A stretch of 63,888 bases of DNA, the filler included, from Atractiella rhizophila (lineage: Eukaryota): the NCBI GenBank assembly GCA_021432655.1. It is 5 parts of 5 records of this genome, joined end to end, with 100 filler letters (N's around TTAATTAATTAA, not from the genome) between each part and the next. Parts side by side here need not be neighbours in the genome. Positions count along the whole stretch, not along the records: positions 1 to 17,078 come from MU271884.1; positions 17,179 to 34,128 come from MU271885.1; 3 more parts are not named here. One strand, written 5' to 3'. Below, piece by piece: positions 12,601 to 25,277 of this stretch. Below the pieces are notes generated by a model, which worked only from the letters and a program-made list of their open reading frames with translations, was not told the origin of the DNA and did not search any database. A program made the translations under genes and the position numbers. How positions within the stretch are numbered: the first letter of the stretch is position 1; each line of letters starts with the position of its first letter.

Positions 12601-13605
12601 ATGATCCCCCTACCTCTCTTCCTCTTCCTTGTCCTCTTCGAGAAGACTACCTCCCTTCCCCTCCTTGGCGGCGACCACTACACCCTGCTTCCATCCGTTC
12701 TCGAACTCTCCTCTCCCCTAATCGCCGACGGCGCCTCCACCATGTCGTTTGGTAACCTTTCCTTTCCATCAGTTGAGATCGGATACCAGGCGTCAGGTAT
12801 TCTCACAGATGGATGCAATAACGAAGAGGCCTCCAGCCATATTGAGAGATGCTACGGACTTTATCTTGCTCAGAATGAAGAACTCATGCTGGACCCCGGT
12901 AGCCCGGAGAACACACCACGGCAGAGGACTGAGTTCTTGTTCCCTTGTGAGTACCTCTTTTAGCCGTTGGGGAATGCTAAGTCTCCCAACGACAGACGCA
13001 GATGATGGAGACACAAGGAACTATGAATGGACGACGTGGATTTCGTCTGCGACAGGGTCTTCGGATCATTTCTTCCATCTTTTCCAAGTATGCCCTCCAC
13101 TTCTTTTCCGCCTTTTCCTAACGTGAGTGATCACTGAACAGCTCTTCTCTCACGGAGACGATGGGCCAATCATTACACTCGACTATTACGAAGGCCTCAT
13201 CGAAATCGTCGACAACTACCGTTCTTGCAGCGGCATGTGTCCAAGCGTCAGCGCGCCAGTGTGCGTCCTCTCATTCCTTTCCTCTCCTTGCTTTGAAGTA
13301 AGACTGGCGCGGATGGAACAGATTTACAGACAACGCAATCCGTCACGAGATCACAGTGACTTATGGACGAGATGGGAACTTCGTTTACACCGCGCGAGCG
13401 AAAGACACGGGGGCTATCGTGCTTCAGTACAATGCACCGGGATATATGGGAGCTGAGAGGCAAACGTTTGTTCTCCCTCTCGAGTTCTTGAGGTTGTGGG
13501 TGTTGAGTTGTGAATGGCTTCAGAATCAAGACTGGGATGTATCGCATTGTACAGCCCGATCAGACGCTTGCGAGAGGCTTCTGGGGGGATTTCGTAATGA
13601 GCTGA
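12601..13605 (+). CDS. Secreted protein, putative polysaccharide-lyase-like, paralog 2
   Basis: Signal-peptide-like MIPLPLFLFLVLF; motifs RQRTEF, FFHLFQL, GPIITLD, IKTGMYR; introns at the same positions as paralog 1. Confidence 0.6.
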
Positions 13606-14148
13606 TAGAGCATCCGAGGTTTATTAGACGTGCGTCCCCTATGTTCTTGCAATCATTGAGTAACACATTCTTAGATGGCACTTTGTTCGATTTGTTGGTC
13701 TCACAAGGGTTCGGCGGTTTTGTGGCATTCGGGTTTCGCATGCTTTTGGGATGTTGGGTTTATGAAAGAATGCTACTAACTTACGATAACAGTGACGGGC
13801 TACTTCTCATGAAGATCATACTTGTTGACAATTGTTGCTGCTGTTGTGCCAGACCTGAATGGACTTTAGACATAGCGGGAACAGTAGAGATAGGGATGAA
13901 AAGATCATTCGATGGTTACAGTGTCAATGAGCAAGATCACAGACTTCAGAATGTCAAAAAGTGAATACAACAGGGGATATGATGCCATGGTATCCTATCC
14001 GACTACTAGTTCAATTTCAAGTCGAGAAATCGGGAAAACGTGAAAAATGCTTTTGATGAACGGATGCGTAAACTGAGCACTGCTTGAAACTATTGCTATG
14101 ACGGCCAACGTGTACTTAGAGCATGCTTCGCTCTCTTGAACGGAAGTC

Positions 14149-15946
14149 TCAATCCTTCCCCCAAACCTTGTCCTCCAGCGCTGCGCGATCATCCCCCAAC
14201 TTCTTGATTTGATCGATGTCCAAAGGGCCTAGCTCCGTCACATAGGAAGAAACGAAGTCGGACTACAATACAATTAGGTGAGCTAGTGATGAGGATGAGG
14301 AACGGGAAAGGATGTACCGGGATCTTCTCAAAGTAGCTATTACTGATCTTTAAAACCTCTCCTTCCATTGCTTTCGTAACGAACATCTTCATCTTGTCAC
14401 TAGCTGCAGTATTGCCAGCGCTCGCAAACCATGCCGCGCAAAGCTCGGAGCCAGAGTTGGATTCAGGGTCAAAGGTTTCTCCATCGTTGGCGGATTGCAC
14501 TTTGTCGCCTCTAGCGATGACCAAAACTCGGGCGTCAGCGCTTTTTGCAAACGATGCAACGGTCAACGAGCCCGTTTTGTTCACGACATCCCCAGAAGGA
14601 AGGATTTTATCCGCTCCAAGTAGGAGTATCTGTATTCCTTCAGCCGAGCGTTTCGCAGGACATGAGTGACGTACTGGTTTTTGCCCTTTCAATGCACTCT
14701 CAGTCACAACGCCAGGCATACCGGCGTCGGTCACAATCTCCAGAGTAACTTTCGGCTGAGGCTTGCTGGGCTTCGCTTCACTCGCGAGAAGGTCAGCAAG
14801 GGCAGGTGGGAAATTGTACATGGAGTTTCGTATGCGAGCCCCTGGACCTATTGACCCGTCGGGAGAGTTGAGAATGTTGCGAATCTTCTGATGCAGAGAA
14901 AGAGCAGGAGAAGCTGGATTGAAGTCATGCATCGATGAAGCATGTATCGAGCGCGGTGAGAAGCCGAGAGACTCTTCTCGACGTTTCCTGTGCCTTTCTG
15001 CGTGCTTGTTGTTCTGCAACAGAAATGTCAGAGTTTCTCCCACACAGAAGAGGTGGTGATCCTTACATATTCAATTGCTTTCTCGATGACCGTGTAAAGT
15101 CGTTGAGCGAGCGTAACACCTTCATTTAGTGGACGCGATTCAGCGATGGTGATATGGAGATGAATGGGCTGTCGCAGACGACTACTTGCTCCGCCCGCGT
15201 AAGGGTCGAGAGGATCATCGGAGGGAGAGTCAGGGTGAGGAGTGAGAACGCGTTGGATAATCTTCGTGAGGACTTGAAAGACAGCCGAACTACTTGAAAG
15301 CTATGATCTACCGTTATTCTTTGCACGCAAGGGAACGAAACCAGACTTGCTGTCATCACATGCATGAATCCCTTCGACTCTTCCCTGGTCATGGTGCTAG
15401 GTTTCCACAGCACCTCTACAACCGCTTGTCGAACAAGGGACTTGTCGGCTGACCGACTGCGCTCTGCTTCTGTGGCAATAGACTTCACCATCCGTTTCTC
15501 GAATTCCTCCACGGTAATAGTATCGTCCGATATCAAAGACATCATGGGTTCTAGTGCACGAAGGAGAGCGTAGGATATCGATGATTCCATTGATGGTCGG
15601 ACTCGACGAAGATGATATGCAGTTACATCGACCCAATACTGTTGATGACCAATCAGTAATATTAATGCTGTCAGCTCATCGGCGCACCGCATAACATCGC
15701 ATCTTTACAACCCCTTGAGGTATTTCTTCACCTGGGCGCTGCTCAATTCCTTCAGGCCAAAAACTGTTCAATTGAATCAAAATTAAAATCAAGAGCAAAC
15801 TGATGACCTCACCGAAAAGCATTATGAGCCGTTTTACTCAGTACACTCGCATAAAGGACGTCGAGGGCTTTGTTGGCCATTTGTTGTGCGCCAGACTGAT
15901 GATCGTGATAGAGCTCTTCTAGCGAGCTCTCGATCTCTGCAGGCAT
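14149..15946 (-). CDS. eIF2B alpha/beta/delta / MtnA-like (NagB/RpiA/CoA-transferase fold) protein
   Basis: HDHQSGAQQMANKAL, RPSMESSI, ISESRPLNEG, LLLGADKILPSGDVVNKTGS, NSYFEKIP..YVTELG. Confidence 0.8.
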
Positions 15947-15996
15947 ACACACGCTGTGGAGCGCTGTCGAGACCAAATCTGACTCAATTGCTCCCT

Positions 15997-16362
15997 CTAA
16001 AAACAGTATTCCTCAGCATTTGAGAAACGACGAAGGTTACACGAACCAAGGTAAAAGCCGTCTAAGCTCGCCCAATAATGCGTAGGCTCTCCTAGTCGTG
16101 CCTCAATATCTTGATAGCATCGAAATTCGCCGTTGATTTCCTCTTCGCCTTCCCCATCCAGGACAACAAAATCGCCTCCCGCGCCACCTGCACCTTTCCC
16201 TTCAACCCCTTTCCCCCGAGCCTGCTTATCCATTGCTCGACGATTCGACTTCGCGGCTTCAACTAAGCCACGTTCATATCGCTCCGACATACGCCACAGA
16301 AAAGCCTCGATGACCGTAACATCGTCCCATTGTATTCGGCGGCCTCGTCGTACCAATCTCAC
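15997..16362 (-). CDS. Hypothetical protein (3' exon; upstream exons probably lie in 16440-16700)
   Basis: A 121-codon ORF preceded by a CAG acceptor; no family recognised. Confidence 0.4.
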   Translation of the reverse strand: MRLVRRGRRIQWDDVTVIEAFLWRMSERYERGLVEAAKSNRRAMDKQARGKGVEGKGAGGAGGDFVVLDGEGEEEINGEFRCYQDIEARLGEPTHYWASLDGFYLGSCNLRRFSNAEEYCF

Positions 16363-17078
16363 CTGTGCAACAAATCAGTTCCAGTGGTGTCGTAACTGTG
16401 AGTACCAGAATGGAAAATTGCTCAGAGAGATAACCAGATCAGAAAAGTAAAACGAAGGCGCTCAAAAGAGTTCGATATTAGAGCTAAAGCTAAACACAAG
16501 TCTGTTAACGAAGGACTTAGGTTTCGGATCCCGTATTTTGAGGGAGCGGATTGGCTGATGCCGATGCTCTCGATATGCATCGCCTCGAAGGAAGCAGGGT
16601 ATCACGACCAGAGTGACACGCGCTGCAAAGGTAGCTAGAAGAGCGTTTAAAACACACCACAACACGCACATTGCAGCTCAGAAAGGATAGTGGGTGGGGC
16701 TATTATTCTCACTCTAACGGCATGACCTGATTACGGTACGAATAAGATAAGTACAGACTTCATGCTCCAGTCTCATGCCACTATCACACTCCGAAGGAGC
16801 ACAATATTGCCTTTGTTTCCACATGTAAAACAGAGCTGCAAAGAAATCGTTGTCTTGTGAAGATGTCATGTGCTACAGTTGCTGGGAAGAATGGAAGAGA
16901 GATATTGCTCTGCCAGAGAAATCAGGCTAGTTTTGATCTGACATTCCCCCCGTCTGGTTCCCTCTGTCCAACGCATGCTCAAGGTTACCCTCGTGGCACT
17001 TGGGCTGCGGAGCCACAGTTGGACAAATGTAGGAAAGAAAGGAGTGTTGAACGGATTCCAAGAGCATAAATAGACAGC

Positions 17079-17178
17079 NNNNNNNNNNNNNNNNNNNNNN
17101 NNNNNNNNNNNNNNNNNNNNNNTTAATTAATTAANNNNNNNNNNNNNNNNNNNNNNNNNNNNNNNNNNNNNNNNNNNN
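17079..17178. other. Artificial contig spacer (N44-TTAATTAATTAA-N44)
   Basis: 100-bp N run containing a six-frame stop linker; a new telomere follows. Confidence 0.97.
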
Positions 17179-17273
17179 AACCCTAACCCTAACCCTAACC
17201 CTAACCCTAACCCTAACCCTAACCCTAACCCTAACCCTAACCCTAACCCTAACCCTAACCCTAACCCTAACCC
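17179..17273. repeat. Telomeric repeat (CCCTAA)n, second chromosome end
   Basis: Perfect CCCTAA array at the start of contig 2. Confidence 0.97.
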
Positions 17274-17293
17274 CGTCCTCGCTTCTCATCAAA

Positions 17294-18449
17294 ATGGCCA
17301 AAAGCATAAGGTATGTCCTTGCATCCCTCTCTAATACCAAAACGTGCAAGCGAGCTAATGCAAATGCATGAAGGAAACCTCGCTGGCTCACCGATCCCTT
17401 TGCTGATCCCGAGCCATTCCCTTCCTACGAAAGTCAAGTCACCTGGCCCGATCCTGACTGGGCGCCCCCTACCCTGCGTGTTCTAGGTGCCACACCTCCG
17501 CAGACAGGTGCTCTGAGCCTAAAAGCGGCTTTAGAGATTTTGGGATTTGGACCAGGTCTGTCTCCACCTCTCCTGCTTGGGAACTCGCGTCCCTGCGTAA
17601 TTGAGCACTCGATTATTTCACAGTACACCACATGACCGTGATACTGCGAGACGCTCGATGTGGACAGGATATCACGAATGGGATAAACACGCTGAGGATA
17701 AGCCATGGTGAATTTGTTGAGCCTCTTCTTGCTTGGTATCAGGGATATCAGGCTGCGGTGGAGGAGCCGACTGGGATGCTGGTGCCTTACTTCTGACAGG
17801 GAAGGGAATGGAGGATGTGAAAGTGATCTTGACCACGAGGGAGGAGGAGAAGTGGTGGCAGAGCTTTCAATCGACCATTGGGTGGTTGCTTAAAAACATT
17901 AGGCTTTGGGTGTTACTCACCTGGTGGTTTCCTACGTTCGTGTTCTACCCTCTCTACTCCATTCTGGTCGCTCACAGCGTTGATATAGATGATGGAACAG
18001 CCTGGTGTACCAATTGTGAGCATTTGCTGCAGGAGAGAGGGCACATTCTCAAATCGGGAATCACACTTACTAGGTCCTCTTCCATCCGGGAATACAAAGA
18101 CAAAATCCTTTCCCTCCACATTAAACCCGAAAACCTCTTGGTCTACAACATCAAAGAAGGATGGAAACCATTGTGCCTTTTCCTTGAAGTTCCCGTTCCA
18201 GATCAGCCTTTCCCGAGATTGAACGAGCAAGAAGCATTGGTGAGAGGACTGAAGTTGTCAATGTGGCTCGGGGCGAAGATATGGATGGGCATCATTACTT
18301 TCCTCTTTGTGGTGGGATGGTTGTGGACCATGGGATGGATTGGGGGCTTTTTGGCGGTAGGAATCGTTGCTGCAGGTGCCATATGGTTGAGTCGTTGGCT
18401 GGGATGGTGGAAGGTGTGGACATGGCTAGGGTTACACAACAGGTTTTGA
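17294..18449 (+). pseudogene. P-loop sulfotransferase-like (Sulfotransfer_4-type) membrane protein with an apparent frameshift
   Basis: MAKSIR|KPRW..LRVLGATPPQTGALSLKAALEILGFGP|VHHM, GYQAAVEEP, KVILTTR..KWWQS, LLVYNIKEGWKPLCLFLEVPVPDQPFPRLN, and C-terminal TM helices. The frame changes near 17785-17795 with no intron that restores it. Confidence 0.7.
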
Positions 18450-18949
18450 TCATGACTCATGCATGTCTTTTGAGCCCTTCTTTGCATGCAGCTCCACTCT
18501 GACTCGCTTCCAAAGGTTACTGAGAGGGGTGTGGGTGATGCTTTTGGCTAGGCTGAATCGTGTGCAATATGAAGTTTCATAAGTGACTGAGCCAAAAGCA
18601 AGACCTCATATCAGGGCAGAACGCTTACCCCAAGCGATGCTCGACGTTTCAAGACAGAGGGCATCTAGCGCTGTCCTGCCCCAAAACTGAAATGACAAGC
18701 AGACTTTTTTAGGAATTCGGCCTTGTCATGAAGTTCCTTGCCTGTATTGGGTGGAATTTTGAAGCAGAAGAGTTGTCGTTTAAAGGTCTGCAAATCCTGT
18801 TGAAGTTCTCATATACGAACCGTTCGAGAAAGGATTGTTCGAAATCAGAGAAATTATGGGGTGGTTTGGAGACGGAAATTGTTGGGAGGAAAGCTTTTCT
18901 GTTGGACAGGAGGGTGATTTTTGTGAATAGGTTGGGTATGTAGTCGTCA

Positions 18950-20094
18950 AGGAAACGCAGGTACCGTTCTTACGTGATTGTCTTCCACCTTCCTACCATC
19001 CTAATGTGCTCGATATCAAACCCAAGTTGGAGGAGAAATGAGGCACCTCCGATGTGGAAGGAATGACCAGAGAAGTGGTTATATCCTGCTGCTGACCAGA
19101 TCTGGTTACATCGATAGAGAAAAGCTGAACGGGTAAGTGCCCGAAGAGAGCCATCATTTTTCTTGTGATCAATATATGCAAATAGATGGTTAAGTGTGTT
19201 ACTGGAGTTGTTGATGCGAAGATGATTAACTATGAGGTCCATTGTCCAGACATCGCCTAGTCTGGTCTGAGGAAGCCTCAAAACTCAAGAGTGACCCGGG
19301 GGGAGGGATTTATCATTCCGAAGAAGTATGCGGAGATAAGGGAAATCTTCTTCAGTAAGATGTCGGGAGAGATCATCACGAGTAATTGATTTCGCCGAAT
19401 CAAAGGATTTGTGAGATCGGACTGTGGTTTCCCCTAACCGGAAGAGGGAGAAAAAGGTGATTATGGCACAGGCTAAAACAGCTGCATCAAAACAATTAGA
19501 GTGATCGAGTTTGTCGACAAGAAGAAGAATCATTTTGAGCGTAACTGCTGGGCGCACAGCGGCCTTAAACAGGGTGCCTTGCTGGCGAGCAATGCCTTTG
19601 CAATAGAGAGTGAGCTCATCCGGCCTGTGTTCCCATATCCAAGGAAAGCCATTAAGGAGATGCCAGGCCTTGAGGCCAGAGACGTAGTGCTCTGCTGTAT
19701 TGATGGAGACGGATTGTGATGGGGCAAGATCAGGGTGGACGCCATTCATAGGTGAAGAGCACCAAATGACAAAGCTGCATACCAAAGGTGCTGTGGCAGG
19801 GAAACGATCTGAAGGTGGGACACACATTTTATCACAAAATTCGATGTATTTCGGAAGGGCAGAGGAGTAAGAGGCAAGTGTGCCTTTGCTGTAGGCATGT
19901 GACAAGGCATCTTTCTGAGCATGGCGGATGATGGGATTGTCAATGATCAGATGTGTAGGATCAGGGTTGTGTGAACTTGTCCAGCCTGTAAGACGAGCAG
20001 CTCCTTTAAATGATGATGAGTTGTGTATAGCCTTGAAAGTAGACAAGTCAGAACAGGCTTGGAAATTACGTAAAATTCTTGAGAGCGTTATCAA
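18950..20094 (-). pseudogene. Tyrosine recombinase ORF of the retroelement (frameshifted)
   Basis: SAM-like N-terminal part (YVSGLKAWH) and catalytic segments are split over ORFs 19285-20094 and 18970-19281; a stop precedes the RYLR tyrosine. Confidence 0.85.
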
Positions 20095-20435
20095 ACAGGA
20101 TCAGAGTTTCCAAATCTGGATTGGATGTGTGGGAGGCTGGGGTGATACCTGGGAAATGGTATTGGCTCCCAAATTTAACAGCAGATGCATTGGGCTGGTT
20201 TGGAGGGTAGTTAGAGAGAGAAGAGTTTTTCCGCCGATTAACTGCAGCTGCCCTGACTCTCCTGTGTGAGGTAGGAGATATCTTGGAAGGCTTAGAAAGA
20301 CAGATGGGGAGACTATGTGGTCATAGAGGGGCAGAGCAAAGAAGGAGGTATAAGAATAGGACTGATTTTGTGGGGCACGTGCGAGACGAACGAGGGATAC
20401 GAGGCGAACAAGGCGGAGACACATGCATTTAGGTT

Positions 20436-22354
20436 TTATGCATCTTGAGAAACATGAGAGAGGTCGGTAAAGGAATTAAATGAGCTAACAATATGTGAGA
20501 TGTGATGAGGCGAAGGGATAGGGACAGGCACAAAGTAAGAAGGGGAAAAAGCAGAAAAATCACCACGAGATAGAGGGTCAGCAAGACTGTTAGCAGGCAG
20601 CACATAAACGGGAACAAATTGTACAAAGAGAGAGTGTGACAAAGAGAAAATACGAAGCAAAGCAGAATTTATAATCGAATTAGAGCACCAACCAGATTTG
20701 TAGGCACCCTGCGCCCCTGTATTGTCTGTGTGGAGAATAATTGAGCGCTCAACACGATTGCGCTGGGATATAACAGAAGTGTTAGGGGACAAGAGAAGAG
20801 ATTGAAAGAGAAGGGCTCCGAGTTCAATAGCAAGCATTTCCCCTACTCCAATCTTCCCATCAGGGTCCTTTACATCAGCTTCTAATTTCCACACAGACCA
20901 ATATTTCCCTTTACAACTCCCAATCCCCATGATGTGCTAGTGTCACCAAACCATCCAAAATCGAGAGGGTTGTTGGAGTCACTTGGATAGAAGAATGGTG
21001 GAGAGTCTAGAATGGAGTGGAGGAGGGAGAGAAGGTGTTATGAACTGGCTGAGATATAAATTTCTTGATACAATGTGCAGTCTCCTCTCCCTCCTTCTGT
21101 TCAATTGCAAGAAATTGGCGTTTAAGTGCATAAAGGGGGCGAGGTGAGGGCGTAAATGAGGAGCAATGAGGAGAATATGAACAAGAAAACCTAAGAGATA
21201 CTCAAGCTGTGCAAAATCAAAGCAATAATGAGGCGCGAGAAAAAACTGAAGAAGTAAAAAAACTTTGTAAAACTTAAGTTCAGGCAAGGAGATCCGTCGT
21301 GAAGGAACAGACCAGATAAAGCCGAGGTATTTCCAAGTTTGTGAAAAATCGTAAGCCTTTGTGGATGAGATGGGAACACCTAATATACAAAGGACAGAGA
21401 GGACATCATCTGCATCAAACCACACATTTTGAGACCGGGAGCGAGTTAGGAAATTATCGTCTACCCAATGAAAACCTTTGGGAAAACCTAGACCATGAAG
21501 GATGTCTATCCAGCATTTGTTGAAAGTGGTATACATGCCTGGGCAGGATGTGCAGCCGAAGCTAGCTACGACATCGACCCAGAAATTATTGTCAAAATCT
21601 TTGAAGCAAAACCAACGCTGAGAAGAGGCATCCGTGCTGAAAGTTCGAAAGGCATCCTCAACATCAAGAACTAGGATCTCAACATCAAGAACTAGTATCT
21701 CAGCATCATTTGGAAGTGAAATAAGAAGTTGAGCAGTACGATCAAAGCCCAATCACAAGGAAATTTGGTATTGTCGATGAAAGAGTTAACGGAAGTGAAG
21801 GGAGGTGGGCAAGGTTTCTTGACTTTGCGGGAGAAGTCTGCCACAAGTCGATATTTGCCAGGCGAGCCAGCCTTGTCGACAATAGAGATTGGGTTAGTTC
21901 GCCAGACACCAGCAAAGTGCTGATCCATTTGGGTTTCAGAAAAAGGTCCTAGTAAACATAATTTCGATTTTTCTTTTTGGCACTAATCACGAACAAAAGC
22001 TAATTTGTTATTGTCCATGTATTTCGTCGAAGAATTTGGTGGAAGCAGCTTCACATAATCGATTCCATTAATACCAGCATTATATCCGAAACGAATGAGA
22101 TTTGGAACATTAAGCGAAGGTGATAAGTACTTCTCCTGTAAGTTACAAATCATGATAAGTCGTTCAAAGGCATCCGGGTCATAAGAGGAGATAATTTGCT
22201 TATTGGGATTGCCAAGATTTGAGATCCAAGGAAGGGGGTTAGATACCTTAAGAGGGACTTCGATTGGAGTGGGGAGTGTGGAGGCAAGCTCGGCAATGAA
22301 CCTTATCGCAGAGAGAACAGATGTGTAATCCTCCACGACAATGTTCTCCCTCAC
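20436..22354 (-). pseudogene. Reverse transcriptase / RNase H ORF of the retroelement (broken)
   Basis: RT and RH motifs are spread over four ORFs; there is a 21-bp tandem duplication (EILVLDV x2). Confidence 0.85.
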
Positions 22355-25277
22355 CTCCTAAGCGGCATCCATTTTTCCTGATTTGATAATATCGGCATAT
22401 CGGTTTATGGTCTCCTTGAGAGATCAGTTTACAAGCGACTTGAGACGGATGCCACAAATCTTTGGAAACATTGACATCTTCAATCTTGAGGGCAACACAC
22501 CGGTCGATGCTGTGGCCAAGGCAGTTGCATCTGTAACAGTGGATGGGTTGTTGGAAGGACGAGGTGGAGCGTTGTGATGGGCTATTGCCGGGATTTGCGC
22601 ATGAAAGGGCTGTCAAAAAGACTGAGATAGAAGGGTATTCGAAGTCCCAAGAGAAAACGAAGTGTTACCAATTGGTAAGGAAGATTTAAGCTGAACGAGG
22701 TCGGAAACTTCCATCCTAGCATCATTGAACATGATCTCCCAGTTATATTCTGAACCAAAGTGGGCTTGGTGACATTGCTCATGAATTTTCCGAACACGTC
22801 ATTCAACTTTAAGAAGAATTGGCCATTGCCCCCCTAGCTCAGGGCAAGCGATGCGCGAACGGTTATACTTATACTTTGCATGCATCCAATGTTGAAGGCG
22901 TTGCATTTGAGCGAGCACACCATTAGGTTTTATTCCCTGGGCCATTTCTAGTTGCTCACCCTCAAGGAGGATGCGGCAGTACACTTCAAATCCAAAGTCC
23001 CAATCTGCTTTCGATGTGAGAAGGGCATCGGCCTCATACTTGCGGAAGATGGAAAGTCCCTGTTGGCGAAATGCTGTGTCGCGTACTGCTTGGTTCTCAG
23101 AATTGAGGCTCCCTTTCGACTCGTTGAACTCTGCTTCCACCTTACGCTTGGTGGATTCTGCGAAAATATTAAGTGGAACGTAAGCATGAGGATGATGTTG
23201 AATCCATTCTTCGACACGAGGAGCAACAGACTGGAAGAGTGAGTATGAGTAAACATTTTGGAGAAGTAAATTCTGAAAGTAAACATATAAATGAATTAGA
23301 GGAGAAGTGCATTGGAAGATGGAATTTGTCTCATTTGAGATGTGCATTTGGAGCAGGAGAGATAAGTATGGGAGAAGTGGATTCTGGAGAAGTGATTTGG
23401 TTGTGAACCAGGCAGAGTAACTGCGATGAGAGAGAGGGAGAAGTCAATATGAAGAGCACAACCTTGCATAGGGATTGATGAATTAGGAGAGATGTCTCCG
23501 AAATAAGAATCGGAGAACTAGATGGAATAAAGACTTACCTCGAGGAAGAGGAAAGGATACATATTAGGGTCAAAGTCTAATGTCTGGTCCCGTTTCGATG
23601 ACCAGGCATCTTTCACCAGGTCCTTCCTAGACTTTGTAGTATCTCCACATTGAGTGCCAGCAATGCTTGTATTTTCAATAGGGCCGCTGATTCTACGTTG
23701 CTTGCACTCATCAATGGAGGGTAAGTCATCCAGGTCAAACGAACACGTTTTTTCTGAATTGGAATGGAATTGGAACCGGATGCGATAGGAGGAGCTGGGT
23801 GGGCAGAAATGGAGGGAAGGAAAGAAGAGGCAGAAGATGCAACTGAAGGATGGCTAGAAGAGGAGGAAATTTGGCGGAGAGCTTGAAGTTCAGATTCTAG
23901 GGATGCAATCCTCGTGAGTGCAGCTTCAAGAGAATCGTCCTTCTCCTTAGCTGCAGATACTGCTTTTGCAAGCTCAATCTCACACTTTCCAATATGGGAA
24001 ACATAATCCCACGCGAGAATGAGACATGAGAAGTAGCGATCTTGCAGGAGTACGATAAGATCAAGTGTCTTTGAGGGTGGGAGACCGTTACAGTGACGGA
24101 TCCAGTGTTCTCGATCTTCGCTGGAATCAATAAATTCGGAAGCAGATCGTAGAGTATTAAAAAATTTATGAGTGCTAGTGAGGTTCCGTGGATCCTCCAA
24201 GCGTGGTAAGCCCAAGATCATTGGTAAATCTGGATGAGAAGCGAAGTATGATTTAACTAAATCACCAATGCTTCTCTGACCCACCGGACGTGGGGCAACA
24301 TTGAGAACCTCCAGGTCCGGGGAAACTTCCCTGCTGAGTGACGCTTTGCTTTTGCCTTTATCTCTAGGTGGCATCAAAGGATCAGTATCGGCATCGGAGG
24401 AAGGGTCCTGTGGGCGAGGTGCAGATGCAGAAGGAGTGGTTGTTGCCTTGGTCTGCGAGGAATATGCAGACAGTGAGGTGTGTGGGGAACGATTGGAAGA
24501 GGGTGGCAATGGTGGCCCAGGTACAGGAATGGTAGAATCAGGAACCCATGTATCAAGGCTAGGAAAAAACTTGTGGGTAGAAAAGAACCCCTCTGATTTA
24601 ACATCTGCAGGGAGTGCTGAACATGCCCTCTCAAAGAGTGGCAAGTTTTCAGGAGAGTCCAGCATTCCTAATCTCTGGGACCATAAGTTGGAGAACACCT
24701 CCTTTGCCAGGCCAGAACCGAAGTAATTTTCTGCCATTATTGATTTGAAGTAGAGAAACTAGCGAGCAGGTTGGAGCTGCGATGCTAGCAAGGAGTTGAG
24801 GTGGGTGAGGTGGTTTTAATTCATTCATTCAAGCGACGTACGTTTGCGCTCATTCAAAGACCGGGCTATCTCCTCGTTCGTTTCTCGCTTCACAGAAGCC
24901 ACACTATATCACCACGCACAACATCCCTTTGAAAATTCTACTACTATTCCTTTGTGACAGAACTGTTCCGTCAGTCAAATGTGGCTGGGGAACGGAGTTA
25001 GGGTCAGGGCCAGGGTGAGTCCCGTCAGCCTAGTTGCGAGGCTCTGACTGATGGAACTAACCTGACGGGATGGAACGCACTGTTGAGTCCCGTCAGCTCG
25101 GACGCGACGGCCAAAATGGTTCGCGGGGTGGGATCAGCCTCGACGCGAACTTGCTCAAACATGCGTTCTACTTCCACCATCAGACTCTCCCTTCCCCTCT
25201 CCCACATTTCGTCTTCCTTCATTCATGTCCTTGTTTATTCATAATACGTCGTAACTAATTAATGATAATGCGAATAG

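Larger units (their letters stand above)
18720..24900 (-). mobile_element. Decayed tyrosine-recombinase retrotransposon (Ngaro/DIRS group)
   Basis: Order on the minus strand: ORF1/gag-like (24737-22800), Zn knuckle CYRCNCLGHSIDRC plus a Cys/His finger, RT (KYRLVADFS, LDVEDAFR, FGCTSCP, WVDDNF, KYLGF), RNase H (DTS, HTDNTGA, NSLADPLSRG), then YR (FRLGET, GHSFHIGGA, GRW, RYLR). There are multiple stops and frameshifts; the ends are approximate. Confidence 0.9.

Noticed and set aside
17079..17273. Apparent interstitial telomere / chromosome fusion
   Set aside because: The tract follows an artificial N-TTAATTAATTAA-N spacer; it is the start of a separate contig.
17131..17391. ORF encoding a VRVRVR... 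repeat
   Set aside because: This is a translation of the telomere repeat running into the N spacer.
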